Positions 1 to 10,577 of a stretch of 64,000 nt of DNA are shown here, piece after piece. A program made the position numbers and the translations under genes. This DNA comes from an uncultured Clostridia bacterium (GTDB lineage Bacteria; Bacillota; Clostridia; TANB77; CAG-508): assembly GCA_944388805.1 (NCBI GenBank), contig CALXKE010000003.1:7885-71884 (forward strand). The letters are read 5' to 3'. Below the pieces are notes generated by a model. That model ran no database searches and was not told where the DNA came from. It saw nothing but the letters and a program-made list of their open reading frames with translations. How positions within the stretch are numbered: position 1 is the first letter of the stretch; each line of letters begins with the position of its first letter.

Positions 1-730
1 GACTTACAAATGTCAGTTCATATAAATTATTATTATCTATATCTGTATAATATCCTATAATACTTTCATCTTCTTTTTCTGAAGCATCAAATCTTGATAT
101 TATACCTTCATCTGGTTCTCTTCCTAATTTAAATGAAATTTTCTCTATTTGATTTTTGGTTTCTGCACTATTCATATATTTTCCTGTAGAATCTACACTT
201 GTTGCCATTCTTAATCTATTTGGTTCTGAAAATTTAAAATTTATATATGATGTTAATGTATTATTTTCTGGTATTATTCCATCCTTATATTTAAATGTTA
301 TTATGATCTCTCGGCTCTCCTGTGGCCCTATTACTTGTCCTACTGTAAATCCACTGATTTCAAATTCTATGTTTGGATTATCATAAAATTCTTCATCATA
401 TAACACTCCTACAAAAGGTACACTTTCTTGGGCATTATTATATACCGTAACTTTGTATTGTATTTGTGTATTTGGATTTGTACTAGATAATTCTATTGTG
501 CTATTCATGGTTGTTCCTATAAAATAATCTATTTGAGAAGTATTTATATTTGCATCTATATCACTTACATATTCAACATCTGTTATAAATACTCCACTTT
601 GTACTTCTGCTACAACTGTTCCTTTTATTTCTCCTGTAATTGAGTTTATTGATGCATATCCTATTCCTATAAACATTGTTGCTATTAATATCAAAAATAG
701 AAATAAAATTCTTTTTCGACTTTGTTTCAT
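1..730 (-). CDS. Secreted/surface protein, partial (runs off the window start); possibly BspA-like surface family
   Basis: Not in the ORF track because it has no stop within the window. ATG at 730 follows AGGAGAAGGAG and reads MKQSRKRILFLFLILIATMFIGIGYASINSITG..., a signal-peptide-like start. The frame is open to position 1. Confidence 0.7.
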   Translation of the reverse strand, partial: MKQSRKRILFLFLILIATMFIGIGYASINSITGEIKGTVVAEVQSGVFITDVEYVSDIDANINTSQIDYFIGTTMNSTIELSSTNPNTQIQYKVTVYNNAQESVPFVGVLYDEEFYDNPNIEFEISGFTVGQVIGPQESREIIITFKYKDGIIPENNTLTSYINFKFSEPNRLRMATSVDSTGKYMNSAETKNQIEKISFKLGREPDEGIISRFDASEKEDESIIGYYTDIDNNNLYELTFVS

Positions 731-917
731 TTACTATACTCCTTCTCCTTAGTATTTATCATGGTCTTAATTTTATTAAAAGTTGTTATTTTATAAAGTT
801 ATTGTATAACAATATGTTTTAAAAAACAATATGCTAATTGTTTTATTTTATAATTTTTTTAGTTTTCTTTTAGTTTATGTAATTTTAAATATTTTATAAG
901 GAAGGATCTAAAAAAAT

Positions 918-1172
918 ATGAAAACTCGTATAAAAAATCTTAGAGAAGATAATGATTTAACACAAAAACAATTAAGTGAATTTCTTAATATTTCACAAGT
1001 TGCATACTCTTATTATGAACTTAATAAGAGAAATATTCCTTTGGAATTGCTATGTAAGCCAGCAGATTTTTATAATACTAGTGTTGATTATTTATTGTAC
1101 AGAACCGATGAAATAAAACCTTATTTAAAAAATACCAAATATGTTGATAAAGAAATACTTACTTGTAAATAA
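918..1172 (+). CDS. XRE-family helix-turn-helix transcriptional regulator
   Basis: RIKNLREDNDLTQKQLSEFLNISQVAYSYYE and FYNTSVDYLL match the HTH_3 pattern; divergent from the surface protein gene. Confidence 0.9.
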   Translation: MKTRIKNLREDNDLTQKQLSEFLNISQVAYSYYELNKRNIPLELLCKPADFYNTSVDYLLYRTDEIKPYLKNTKYVDKEILTCK

Positions 1173-1173
1173 A

Positions 1174-1219
1174 AATAAGAACAAAAATGATTATTAAAAA
1201 CAATTTTTGTTCTTATTTT
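1174..1219 (+). terminator. Intrinsic terminator-like hairpin
   Basis: AAATAAGAACAAAAATG...CAATTTTTGTTCTTATTT inverted repeat right after the XRE stop. Confidence 0.6.
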
Positions 1220-1295
1220 AATTATATATTTTTAGCATAATATTTTTGCTATCACATATATTTTAATATAAATATTATCTAGAGGGGATATTTAT

Positions 1296-1844
1296 ATGTT
1301 TATATATAATTTTAAAGTAAATGGTAGTAAAATTTTTAAATATTTTTTTACAGGGATTGTAATATTAATTATTTGTATTTTAATTTTTGTTAGTATCAAA
1401 CTGTTTGTTGGTGCGAAAAATGATAGAACTATTTCTAGTTGTATGCCTCAAAGTGATGTTTCTGTTATTTCTGCGAAAAACTATACCAATGTTTTGAAAG
1501 CGGTTCATGAAAATATAGATGATTATGTTGGTGTAAAAATCCAATTTACAGGATATGTATATCGAGTATTAGATTTAACAGATACGCAATTTATATTAGC
1601 AAGAGATATGATTATTTCTTCTGATTTTCAATATGTGATTGTAGGATTTCTTTGTGAGTATGAACATGCTCAAGATTTTGCAAATGAAACATGGGTGGAA
1701 TTAACAGGTGAAATTACAAAAGGTAATTATCATGGTGATATGCCAATTGTAAAAGTAACAGAAATCAAAACAGTGGATAAACCAAATGAAGAATATGTGT
1801 ATCCTCCAGATGATACTTATATTCCTACAAGTGGTGTAATATAG
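1296..1844 (+). CDS. Membrane-anchored protein with DUF1980/TIGR03943-like C-terminal domain
   Basis: One N-terminal TM helix; motifs GVKIQFTGYVYR, FILARDMI and WVELTGEI...PNEEYVYP. Confidence 0.65.
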   Translation: MFIYNFKVNGSKIFKYFFTGIVILIICILIFVSIKLFVGAKNDRTISSCMPQSDVSVISAKNYTNVLKAVHENIDDYVGVKIQFTGYVYRVLDLTDTQFILARDMIISSDFQYVIVGFLCEYEHAQDFANETWVELTGEITKGNYHGDMPIVKVTEIKTVDKPNEEYVYPPDDTYIPTSGVI

Positions 1845-2032
1845 CTTTTATCAAAAGAACAGACCTATTCATATATATTATATTTTAAGCGGGTTTCGTG
1901 GGGACCGACACGCTACATACTGTTAATAAATCAACGACAGTCCCGTGGGAGTTGATTTATGTACAGTATGTAAAGTGTTGGGATAGCGAAAAATATAATA
2001 TATATGAATAGGTCTGCTCTTTTTGAATAAAG
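1845..2032 (+). repeat. About 190-bp rod-like fold-back element
   Basis: Outer arms AAAAGAACAGACCTATTCATATATATTATATTTT / AAAATATAATATATATGAATAGGTCTGCTCTTTT; inner arms CGACAC-TACATACTGT-ATAAATCAAC / GTTGATTTAT-ACAGTATGTA-GTGTTG. Confidence 0.85.
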
Positions 2033-2110
2033 GTAATTACACTGTTTTTATTTACTTTATCGACAAATTATGATATCATATAGATATGATTTTAATTTCG
2101 GAGGTAAATA

Positions 2111-3649
2111 ATGAAAGAAAATGAATTAATTTTAATCTTAGACTTTGGTGGACAATACAATCAATTAATTGCAAGAAGAGTTAGAGAATGCAATGTATAT
2201 TCTGAAGTTGTACCATACAACATTTCTATCGAAAAAATCAAAGAAAAAAGTCCAAAAGGAATTATCTTTACAGGTGGACCTGCTAGTGTTTATGGAAAAG
2301 ACTCTCCTAAATGCGCAGAAGGGATTTTTGATTTAGGTATTCCTGTTTTAGGAATTTGTTATGGTATGCAATTAATGACTTATACTTTAGGAGGAAACGT
2401 ATCAAGAGCAAATACAAGAGAATATGGAACAACAAAGGTAAATATTGATAACACCTCTTCCCTATTTCAAGGATTTGAAACAACAAATGATTTCTTAATG
2501 AGCCATACAGACTTTGTATCTGAAGTACCAAATGGTTTTAAAAATATTGGTTCAACAGACCATTGTCCAAATGCCGCAATGGAAAATGCAGAGAAAAAAT
2601 TATATGGTATTCAATTCCATCCAGAAGTAAATTTATCTGTAAATGGAACACAAGTAATTAAAAACTTCTTATTTAATATTTGTGGTTGTTCTGGAGATTG
2701 GCAAATTTCTTCTTTTGTAGAAGATAGCATTAAAACTTTAAAAGAAAAAATTGGAGATAAAAAAGCATTATGTGCTCTATCTGGTGGTGTTGATTCATCT
2801 GTTGCTGCTGTATTGTTACATAAAGCAATTGGCAAAAACTTAACATGTATCTTTGTTGACCATGGTCTACTTCGTAAAAATGAAGGTGACGAAGTTGAAG
2901 AAGTTTTCAGAAATCAATTTGATATTAATTTAATTAGAGTAAATGCAAAAGATAGATTTTTAGCAAAACTTGCTGGTGTTACAGACCCAGAAAGAAAAAG
3001 AAAAATCATTGGAGAAGAATTTATTAGAGTTTTTGAAGAAGAAGCAAAGAAAATTGGAACAGTAGACTTTTTAGTACAAGGTACTATCTACCCTGACGTT
3101 ATCGAAAGTGGTTTAGGAAAAAGTTCTGTTATTAAAAGTCATCACAATGTTGGAGGTCTTCCAGACTATGTAGATTTTAAAGAAATTGTAGAACCTTTAA
3201 GAAATCTATTTAAGGACGAAGTTAGAAAAACAGGACTAGAATTAGGGATACCAGAAAACTTAGTATTTAGACAACCATTCCCTGGACCTGGACTAGCTAT
3301 CAGAGTCATTGGAGATATCACTGATGACAAATTAGACATCTTAAAAGAAGCAGACAGTATTTTTAGAGAAGAAATTGCAAATGCTGGCCTTCATAAATCT
3401 ATCAATCAATATTTTGCTGTACTAACAAACCTAAAATCTGTTGGTGTTATGGGTGATGAAAGAACTTATGATTATACCATTGCCCTACGTGCAGTAGAAA
3501 CGACAGATTTTATGACAGGTGTTTGGAGTAAAATACCTTATGAAATATTAGAAAAGGTTTCTTCAAGAATTGTAAATGAAGTAAAGCATGTTAATAGAGT
3601 GGTTTATGATATTACTTCAAAACCACCTGCAACTATTGAATGGGAATAA
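2111..3649 (+). CDS. guaA: GMP synthase (glutamine-hydrolysing)
   Basis: [50 protein letters not shown] and C-terminal KPPATIEWE. Confidence 0.99.
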   Translation: MKENELILILDFGGQYNQLIARRVRECNVYSEVVPYNISIEKIKEKSPKGIIFTGGPASVYGKDSPKCAEGIFDLGIPVLGICYGMQLMTYTLGGNVSRANTREYGTTKVNIDNTSSLFQGFETTNDFLMSHTDFVSEVPNGFKNIGSTDHCPNAAMENAEKKLYGIQFHPEVNLSVNGTQVIKNFLFNICGCSGDWQISSFVEDSIKTLKEKIGDKKALCALSGGVDSSVAAVLLHKAIGKNLTCIFVDHGLLRKNEGDEVEEVFRNQFDINLIRVNAKDRFLAKLAGVTDPERKRKIIGEEFIRVFEEEAKKIGTVDFLVQGTIYPDVIESGLGKSSVIKSHHNVGGLPDYVDFKEIVEPLRNLFKDEVRKTGLELGIPENLVFRQPFPGPGLAIRVIGDITDDKLDILKEADSIFREEIANAGLHKSINQYFAVLTNLKSVGVMGDERTYDYTIALRAVETTDFMTGVWSKIPYEILEKVSSRIVNEVKHVNRVVYDITSKPPATIEWE

Positions 3650-3761
3650 TTTGCGAGGACATTTTTTGACAATAAATATAAAATATGGTATAATATTATG
3701 TAGAGTGAATAAAACATTATAGTTCTTTTTAACTCAAGAAAAATAAAGGAGGGGTTGTATT

Positions 3762-5219
3762 ATGAAGAAAAGTTCGTTTATTTCTATGAAAAAAATATTA
3801 GCAATTTTTATTTTAGTAATTATGGTGATTACACCTATAACAAGCCAAGCAGCATTTAGTTTTTGGCCATTTGGAAACAGAGACAATGTAAACACTGCTG
3901 TAGATAATAAGTATAGCGATATTGATGATTATAAATCATTCTTAAATGATTCAAAAAATTACTTACAAGGCATTGACGAAAACACGAGTATTGAAGACAT
4001 GAAAATCAATATTATTGATAAGATTACAGAACTTCAAGAAAATTATAGTGATTCAAGTGCTATTCCATATATATCAAACAAAATTTTAAATGAAACAATT
4101 TCATCAGATGAAACAGATCCTAGTAGCTTCTTAGATTCTATTCAATCTGTAATTCAATCTGCACTAGGAGATACAAGTATAGCTTTAAACAGCTTAGAGC
4201 CAAATGTTGTTGTTGATGATATGGTTGCAACAACTGCTGGTAAATTATCAGGAGAAGCATATGCAGTTAATCTAAGTGGTAATATCTACTATGCTAACCC
4301 AGATGCAAATGGTAACCCAACTTCAAACAAATGGGTTGTATTAGTACATGGATTCATGATGAATGGTCAAGCTATGGCAGATGCAATTGGTAGTATGTAT
4401 ATTGATCAAGGATTTAACATCTTAGCACCTGACTTAAGAGGATTCGGAAATAGTGGCGGTAACAAAGGTAAAGGTGGTATGGGATATCTAGATAGTCTTG
4501 ATGTTTGGGATTGGTTAACATATCTAAATGAACACTATACATGTGATGAAGTTATTGTTCATGGTGTATCATTAGGTGGTGCTACAACATTATTCTTATC
4601 AGGACTAGAAGTAGATGGTAAAACACTTAAAGATCAAAACATTATCGGATTAGTAGATGATTGTGGTTACACTTCTATGACAGGAATTGTAGAAGACTTA
4701 TTAAATACTTTAGGAAGTAATGAATTAGTAGCAAAAATACTTGGTATATTTGATGTAACAGATTTATCACAAGTTATTAATAGAGATACCATTAAAGACA
4801 TGTTAATTAATCAAGTAGATGTTGGTTTAACAGAAGAAAACTTTGATGAACATGAAAATGCATTAACAAGCTTAGAAAAATGTCAAGTACCAATACTAAT
4901 TATACATGGTACAAGTGATACAACAGTACCTTTTGAAAATAGTACAAGAGTATATGAAACAGCAATGAATAATCCAAACATTCCTTATGTGCAAAGATTT
5001 GAAGCTGAAGGAGAACAACATGCATTCATCGTCTTAGGTAACAAAGAAAATGTATACGAAGGACATGTAGATAACTTTATTATGCAAGCTGAAAAGGTTG
5101 CTAATGGTGAGCAAATAGATAAAGTATCAGATTATCAAGAAGAAGAAGCTGGAGAAACATCTTTAATTAGCGGATTGATTAAAGCCCTAAAATTAATTAA
5201 AAATATGTTTGGCTTCTAA
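3762..5219 (+). CDS. Secreted alpha/beta-hydrolase
   Basis: Signal peptide ending SQA-A; VHGF oxyanion motif, GVSLG nucleophile elbow, HGTSDTTVP and a C-terminal His (EQHA). Confidence 0.85.
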   Translation: MKKSSFISMKKILAIFILVIMVITPITSQAAFSFWPFGNRDNVNTAVDNKYSDIDDYKSFLNDSKNYLQGIDENTSIEDMKINIIDKITELQENYSDSSAIPYISNKILNETISSDETDPSSFLDSIQSVIQSALGDTSIALNSLEPNVVVDDMVATTAGKLSGEAYAVNLSGNIYYANPDANGNPTSNKWVVLVHGFMMNGQAMADAIGSMYIDQGFNILAPDLRGFGNSGGNKGKGGMGYLDSLDVWDWLTYLNEHYTCDEVIVHGVSLGGATTLFLSGLEVDGKTLKDQNIIGLVDDCGYTSMTGIVEDLLNTLGSNELVAKILGIFDVTDLSQVINRDTIKDMLINQVDVGLTEENFDEHENALTSLEKCQVPILIIHGTSDTTVPFENSTRVYETAMNNPNIPYVQRFEAEGEQHAFIVLGNKENVYEGHVDNFIMQAEKVANGEQIDKVSDYQEEEAGETSLISGLIKALKLIKNMFGF

Positions 5220-5236
5220 AGTATAGAATATTTATA

Positions 5237-5270
5237 AAAGACGGTTTTCTATTTCAGGATTCCGTCTTTT
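5237..5270 (+). terminator. Intrinsic terminator
   Basis: AAAAGACGG...CCGTCTTTT followed by a T-rich tail. Confidence 0.65.
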
Positions 5271-5457
5271 CTTTCGATAAATATTGACATTTAATCTCTT
5301 TTTATAGTATACTTAATAGTAGTGAAATTAAAATTTATGCTTATCAAATATATGTATTTTGTAAATACTATTATATAGAAGAAATAGCTAATATTAAATA
5401 TTAATCTATGCTTTCTATATAATAAACTAAGGATAAATAAGAAAGGGTTCGTTTAAT

Positions 5458-6111
5458 ATGTATAAAATTTATAGAAAACTATTTATCATTATTTTTATAT
5501 TTATGTTTTTATTATTTAACTTGCTCTCTCCTGTACTTGCTGTAACAGCCAGTGAAAGACAAGAATTAATAGATTTATTAAATGAATATGAAAGTGACTT
5601 AGGAAATTTAATTGAATTTAAATTGATAGTAGATAAAACATATACAGATTTACATTCTGTATCCAGTGTAGATGATTCCTTAAAGGAAACTTTACGAGCA
5701 GACATCGATATGTTAGATACAGTTACAGATTTAAATCCTTTAATCTTAACAGTTTTAAAAGTTGAGTTAAATTCTCAAGTGGATAAGCTAACAAATAGTA
5801 ATTTACATGAAATGCAAGAAGAAATTGAAATTATAAAAGAATGGTCAGATCAAAAAGCAGCAGACCTTGGTTATACAGATACACCAAATAATAATGAAGA
5901 TATAAATCAAGATCAACCAACTGAAGAACCAAATGAAGAGGAAAATCAAAATGTACAAACAAATACTACCTTACCGCAAGAAATGCAACAAGTAATAACA
6001 TCTCTTCCCTATGCAGGTACAAGTAGTATTATAATTGGGTTTATTATTTTATTAATAATAAGTGCTATTATTTCAATTATTCGATATAAACAGTTAAAAG
6101 ATGCAAAATAA
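5458..6111 (+). CDS. Sortase-anchored surface protein (LPYAG motif)
   Basis: Signal peptide, helical domain, acidic linker, then LPYAG, a TM helix and a basic tail. Confidence 0.75.
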   Translation: MYKIYRKLFIIIFIFMFLLFNLLSPVLAVTASERQELIDLLNEYESDLGNLIEFKLIVDKTYTDLHSVSSVDDSLKETLRADIDMLDTVTDLNPLILTVLKVELNSQVDKLTNSNLHEMQEEIEIIKEWSDQKAADLGYTDTPNNNEDINQDQPTEEPNEEENQNVQTNTTLPQEMQQVITSLPYAGTSSIIIGFIILLIISAIISIIRYKQLKDAK

Positions 6112-6139
6112 AGAACCACAAAATTGGTTCTTTATTTTT

Positions 6140-8485
6140 TTACATATTTTTATTAACATTTTTTCTTAAAGCTATATAGCTAGCAAGCATCAAAACCAGT
6201 GTCATTAATAAAATAACTAAAATTACATGTATCATATGTTCTGATGTAAAAGTGAAATAGTCTTCTGGTTCTACTTCTGCCAACGGATTAATCGTTTGTA
6301 CAATATGTGTCAAATCATTCAAATTAGCACTTGTTCCTAATCCTTCTACAGACCACCTACATAGTATAAAATTAGAAATAAACTCTCCAATTCCTTCTAA
6401 TTTAAATAACATTCCAGAAAACAATAGTTGAGGAACTAGTATTAGAGGAATAATAGACATAGCAATATTAGAATTTTTTACAATTGCAGAAATACATAAT
6501 CCTAACGAAGCAGAGGACAATATTGATAAGAAACATATAAGTTGAATATCCCAATAAGAATCTATCAATATACTATTAGAAGAACTACCTACAATCTCTT
6601 GGAATATAAATACCATTAAAGTTGCCTGTATAAAAGCTAGTATTCCTTGCACAATAAATTTTGATAATAGGTATGTCGATAATTTCAGGTCAGACATATG
6701 TTCTTTTTGTAAAATAACTTTTTCTTTACAAATTTCTTGAACAGAATTCATTAACCCTAACCAAATAGACGCACATCCTAAAGAAAACAAAATCGCTTTT
6801 GTATCATCATAAGTTGAATATAAATCCTCTGTGGAAACAAATGTCAATAATATAGCAACAATTGGCGCTTGGGCAAACAATAAAATTAATTGTTGTACAT
6901 CATTTGCTATTAATTTGATATATCTCCTAATTAAAGTAATTAATTGTTTAAAAAATGACTTTTTCTTATGTGGTACTTTATTTCTTTTTTTCACTTCTAC
7001 ATGGCTAACAGTTTCTTTTCCATATATTGCTGTAAATTTTTCATACCATTCTTCCATATTTTCATTTAATAATGTATAAATATCAACAAAATCATCTACA
7101 CCAAAAAAATCTAATGCTTCTTGTGGTTTTCCATAAAAACATAAATGTCCACCTTTTCCAAAAAAGGCAACTTTATCACATAAATGTAAATTTAATGTAT
7201 TATGAGTAACAAGAATAATTGTTTTTCCCATTTTGGACATTTTTTGTAATGTTTTCATAACACTTCTTTCTGTATCAGGATCTAGTCCACTTGTTGGTTC
7301 ATCTAAAAAGAATAAACTTGGATCAGCAATTAATTCCGTAGCTATACTTGCTCTTTTCCTTTGTCCACCACTTAATTGTCGAATATAGGAATTCTCAAAT
7401 TCTGTTAATTGAACAATTTCTAAAACCTCTTTTATTCTCTGTGTTCTTTCTTTTTTGGTTGAGTTATCAGGCATTCTTAGTTTAGCTGTATAATTTAACA
7501 TATCATGCAATGTTAAATTAGAATAAACAATATCTTCTTGTGGTACATAGCCAATATTATATTTTAAACTTTCATAATTCTCATAAAGATTTTCTCCATT
7601 TAAAAGCACTAATCCAGAAGAAGGTGTATCTACTCCACTTATGCATTTCATGAAAGTAGATTTTCCAGCACCAGAACCTCCAACAAAAGCTACAAATTCA
7701 GAAGGCTTCACATGCATACTAACATGGGAAGAAATTTCTTTTGTCTTAAATCGAATGCGAACACGTTTTACAATATCAATTGCATCTAACTGTACTCCCC
7801 TTTTATATATTTGATAAATTAATTTCTGATTATATAAAATAAGTTTTGAATTTCCAATAACGATAACATCTAGATTATTCAAAGAAACGTCTTGAGATGA
7901 AAGGATTTGTGTTCCATTGACAAATGTTCCATTTAAACTGCTTTCATCTTTGATAGATATTTTATTTCCGATTTTTGTAACTGTAGCATGTTTTTTTGCC
8001 ACTCCACTAGGAGGTAATACAAGATCACAACCTCCCCCGCTTCCTAATGTATTACTACCTAATTGCAAAGGATAGCTTTTCCATTCATCTAAATTTTGAG
8101 CAATAGACATTATAAATAATATACTATGAGACATATCAGAAGAAGAAGGATTCACAATTTTTATAAATCCGCCTTCAGATAAGTATATATCGTTAAATGG
8201 TTTATTATTATTACTAACCATTGCATATTCTTTACTAGTATTAACAGCTAAGACCCCATATTCTGTTATTTCAAAATATCCTTGTTCAAAATCAATTTCA
8301 TCTGATTGAATCACAATATCATTGTCTTCATCTCTTCCAAATGTAAAGAAAGTTTTTTTATATTCAGAAAGATTAATCGTTGTTATATTATCTTCATAAA
8401 ATATCGTTAAATAATAATTATCTTCTGTTTGTGCTTTTCTCTTAAAGCTTTCAAAATCGCTGTATTCCTCATTTCTATTTTTCAT
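6140..8485 (-). CDS. FHA-domain-containing ABC transporter (two FHA domains, ATPase and ABC-2 permease; Rv1747-like architecture)
   Basis: FTFGRDEDNDIVI and SLNGTFVNG FHA motifs; Walker A GGSGAGKS; LSGGQRKR; LDEPTSGLD; C-terminal TM helices. Confidence 0.9.
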   Translation of the reverse strand: MKNRNEEYSDFESFKRKAQTEDNYYLTIFYEDNITTINLSEYKKTFFTFGRDEDNDIVIQSDEIDFEQGYFEITEYGVLAVNTSKEYAMVSNNNKPFNDIYLSEGGFIKIVNPSSSDMSHSILFIMSIAQNLDEWKSYPLQLGSNTLGSGGGCDLVLPPSGVAKKHATVTKIGNKISIKDESSLNGTFVNGTQILSSQDVSLNNLDVIVIGNSKLILYNQKLIYQIYKRGVQLDAIDIVKRVRIRFKTKEISSHVSMHVKPSEFVAFVGGSGAGKSTFMKCISGVDTPSSGLVLLNGENLYENYESLKYNIGYVPQEDIVYSNLTLHDMLNYTAKLRMPDNSTKKERTQRIKEVLEIVQLTEFENSYIRQLSGGQRKRASIATELIADPSLFFLDEPTSGLDPDTERSVMKTLQKMSKMGKTIILVTHNTLNLHLCDKVAFFGKGGHLCFYGKPQEALDFFGVDDFVDIYTLLNENMEEWYEKFTAIYGKETVSHVEVKKRNKVPHKKKSFFKQLITLIRRYIKLIANDVQQLILLFAQAPIVAILLTFVSTEDLYSTYDDTKAILFSLGCASIWLGLMNSVQEICKEKVILQKEHMSDLKLSTYLLSKFIVQGILAFIQATLMVFIFQEIVGSSSNSILIDSYWDIQLICFLSILSSASLGLCISAIVKNSNIAMSIIPLILVPQLLFSGMLFKLEGIGEFISNFILCRWSVEGLGTSANLNDLTHIVQTINPLAEVEPEDYFTFTSEHMIHVILVILLMTLVLMLASYIALRKNVNKNM

Positions 8486-8562
8486 ATGTGTAATTTACTC
8501 CCATATATTTTTCTATATTTTATCATTTCTACTAAATGATTTCAATATTAAAATGTGAACTT

Positions 8563-9660
8563 TTATTTTTTATCAAAAATTGTTTTAAATACACCTTGAT
8601 CAATTAAATTAGCAAATATATTTTTAATAACAATTAAAGCAATCGGTCCTAGTAATAATCCAATAACTCCTGTTATTTTAAAACCTGTATACATAGCAAT
8701 CAGCGTAAATATAGGATGAACACCAATATTTTTACTAACCAATTTGGGTTCTAAAAATTGTCTGACCACAGACATAATAATAAATAAAGTCACAATGGCG
8801 ATTCCTAGTGATAAGTCACCATTCAGCCCAGAGATAATCGCCCATGGTATCATAACTGTTCCAGAACCTAAAATAGGAAGAGCATCTACAAAACCAATAA
8901 ATAATGCCATTAATAAAGGATATTGTATATTAAATTTTAAAAAAGATAATATATATAATCCTATTAAAGAAATAACAAAAGATACTAAAATCAATGTTGC
9001 TTCTGCTTTTAAATACCCTCCTAAAGTTTGTATCAAATCTTTTAAATGTGTACTTAATTTTTTTACCCAAATTTTGGGTAAATGATATTCTATTTGATCT
9101 AAGATATAGATTTTATCAACACAAATAAAATATAAAGCTAATATTGTAATTCCCACACATATTGCTATCTCAGGTATTTTTGTGACTACATTAATCAAAC
9201 CATTTAATGCATTTCTTAGCCAATTCGATATGTTTTGTAAAAAATCACCACTTGATTCTTGAACAATGGTTAATATTTCATCTGATAATTTGATTTTATC
9301 AAAATGAAATTGTTCTATAAATCCTTGTATTTGAGTAGATGCTTTATCCACATAATCATTTAATCCTTGTAATAAACTAGAAGATTCTGAAAATAGTGTG
9401 ACAATAATCCATGCCAAAATCCCTAAAATAATAGCAGATACAAGGATAAAGATAATAATAGAGCTAGTCCTTCTGGTTAATTTTGTTTTTCGCATGATAA
9501 ATTTTATGAGAGGTTCTATGATTAATGAAATGATAAACGCAACTAAAAAGGGCATATAAAAAATGGATAATTTAAGCGCTATATATAAGCCTACGATTAA
9601 TAAAACTACATATCCTATATTTTTCAATACTCTTGTCCAGTATGGTATGTTTACAATCAT
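8563..9660 (-). CDS. ytvI: Sporulation integral membrane protein YtvI (AI-2E family)
   Basis: PFLVAFIISLIIEP, DALPILGSGTVMIPWA and RQFLEPKLVSKNIGVHP. Confidence 0.88.
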   Translation of the reverse strand: MIVNIPYWTRVLKNIGYVVLLIVGLYIALKLSIFYMPFLVAFIISLIIEPLIKFIMRKTKLTRRTSSIIIFILVSAIILGILAWIIVTLFSESSSLLQGLNDYVDKASTQIQGFIEQFHFDKIKLSDEILTIVQESSGDFLQNISNWLRNALNGLINVVTKIPEIAICVGITILALYFICVDKIYILDQIEYHLPKIWVKKLSTHLKDLIQTLGGYLKAEATLILVSFVISLIGLYILSFLKFNIQYPLLMALFIGFVDALPILGSGTVMIPWAIISGLNGDLSLGIAIVTLFIIMSVVRQFLEPKLVSKNIGVHPIFTLIAMYTGFKITGVIGLLLGPIALIVIKNIFANLIDQGVFKTIFDKK

Positions 9661-9909
9661 CTCTCCCCTCCTTTATCTTTCAGTAAAATATAAAATTTTT
9701 ATACTAGAAAGTATAAGTGATTTTACTGTAATTGCTTTCCTGCTCATTACTTTATTATTATATGTATCTTTTAAAATTAATATACTTAGATAAAAGTCAG
9801 GTTCTTATATATTATAAGAACCTGACTTAACAAGTATTAATTTTTTTATTTTATAGAAAACATCAACTTTCATCTTTACCACATATAAGATTTTTCTTAT
9901 AAATTTATT

Positions 9910-10356
9910 TTATTCTGCATTTTTATTTGTATCACAATCACAAACATCTTCAAATGTAATACAAATTTCTCTATCATCTAATTTTGCTCTATTTTGTGCA
10001 ATATCTCCTAATGTTAAAATACCAATTACTTTTTTATTATTATCACAAACAGGTAGTCTTCTTACTTTGTTTGTTCCCATTTTATTTTCAGCATTTGCCA
10101 TATCTTCATCTTCTTCACAAGTACATACATTTGTTGACATGATATCACTAACAGGTGTTGTTTTAACATCTTTATCACAAGCAATTGATCTTAAAATAAT
10201 ATCTCTATCTGTCACAATTCCACATAAGCAATTATTTGTATCACAAACTGGTATTGAACCAATATGATTTCGACTCATTAGTTTTGCAACATCACATATT
10301 GTTGTTTCTGGTTTCACACAGCAAACGTCTGTACACATACAATCTTTAACTTTCAT
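9910..10356 (-). CDS. CBS-domain pair protein
   Basis: MKVKDCM, GIVTDRDI, VRRLPV and GILTLGDIA; start moved to ATG 10356, which follows GAAAGGTGG. Confidence 0.9.
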   Translation of the reverse strand: MKVKDCMCTDVCCVKPETTICDVAKLMSRNHIGSIPVCDTNNCLCGIVTDRDIILRSIACDKDVKTTPVSDIMSTNVCTCEEDEDMANAENKMGTNKVRRLPVCDNNKKVIGILTLGDIAQNRAKLDDREICITFEDVCDCDTNKNAE

Positions 10357-10577
10357 TTTCTTTACCACCTTTCAAAATTTCTCATCTTTATTTTTTACAT
10401 TTTTAAAATTTTTATTCAGACGTTTGTGAAGTGTGAAAAAAATTTTCAAATTCATATATAATTTTTTTGTTTTGAAGTTTTATATTTTGAAAAAATGGTA
10501 AAATTTTCTTTTTTAATATATTAGAAAATCAGCCTTTTTCTATACATTTAAATTTTTTCTATATAGTAAACTTATTT

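Noticed and set aside
156-386. + strand 76-aa ORF, and the many similar short ORFs antisense to or overlapping long genes (e.g. 2307, 2611, 6831, 8744, 16329, 20429, 28522, 29782, 37486, 42143, 63668)
   Set aside because: They are shadows of well-supported genes on the other strand or frame, with no SD and no recognisable motifs
1050-1065. XRE protein reads KPADFY where KLADFY is typical
   Set aside because: A single substitution; I cannot distinguish polymorphism from sequencing error
1845-2110. Purine riboswitch upstream of guaA
   Set aside because: No purine-aptamer consensus (TATAAT...GATATGG...GTTTCTACC...CCGTAAA); the structure is a long rod
5360-5425. AT-rich hairpin TATTATATAGAA...TTCTATATAATA upstream of the LPYAG protein
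   Set aside because: It resembles the hairpin at 15761-15807 but is too AT-rich to assign to the repeat system with confidence
10415-10575. Weak fold-back between the CBS gene and the coat-like gene
   Set aside because: Pairing is mostly A/T runs; possibly a decayed element, but not supportable
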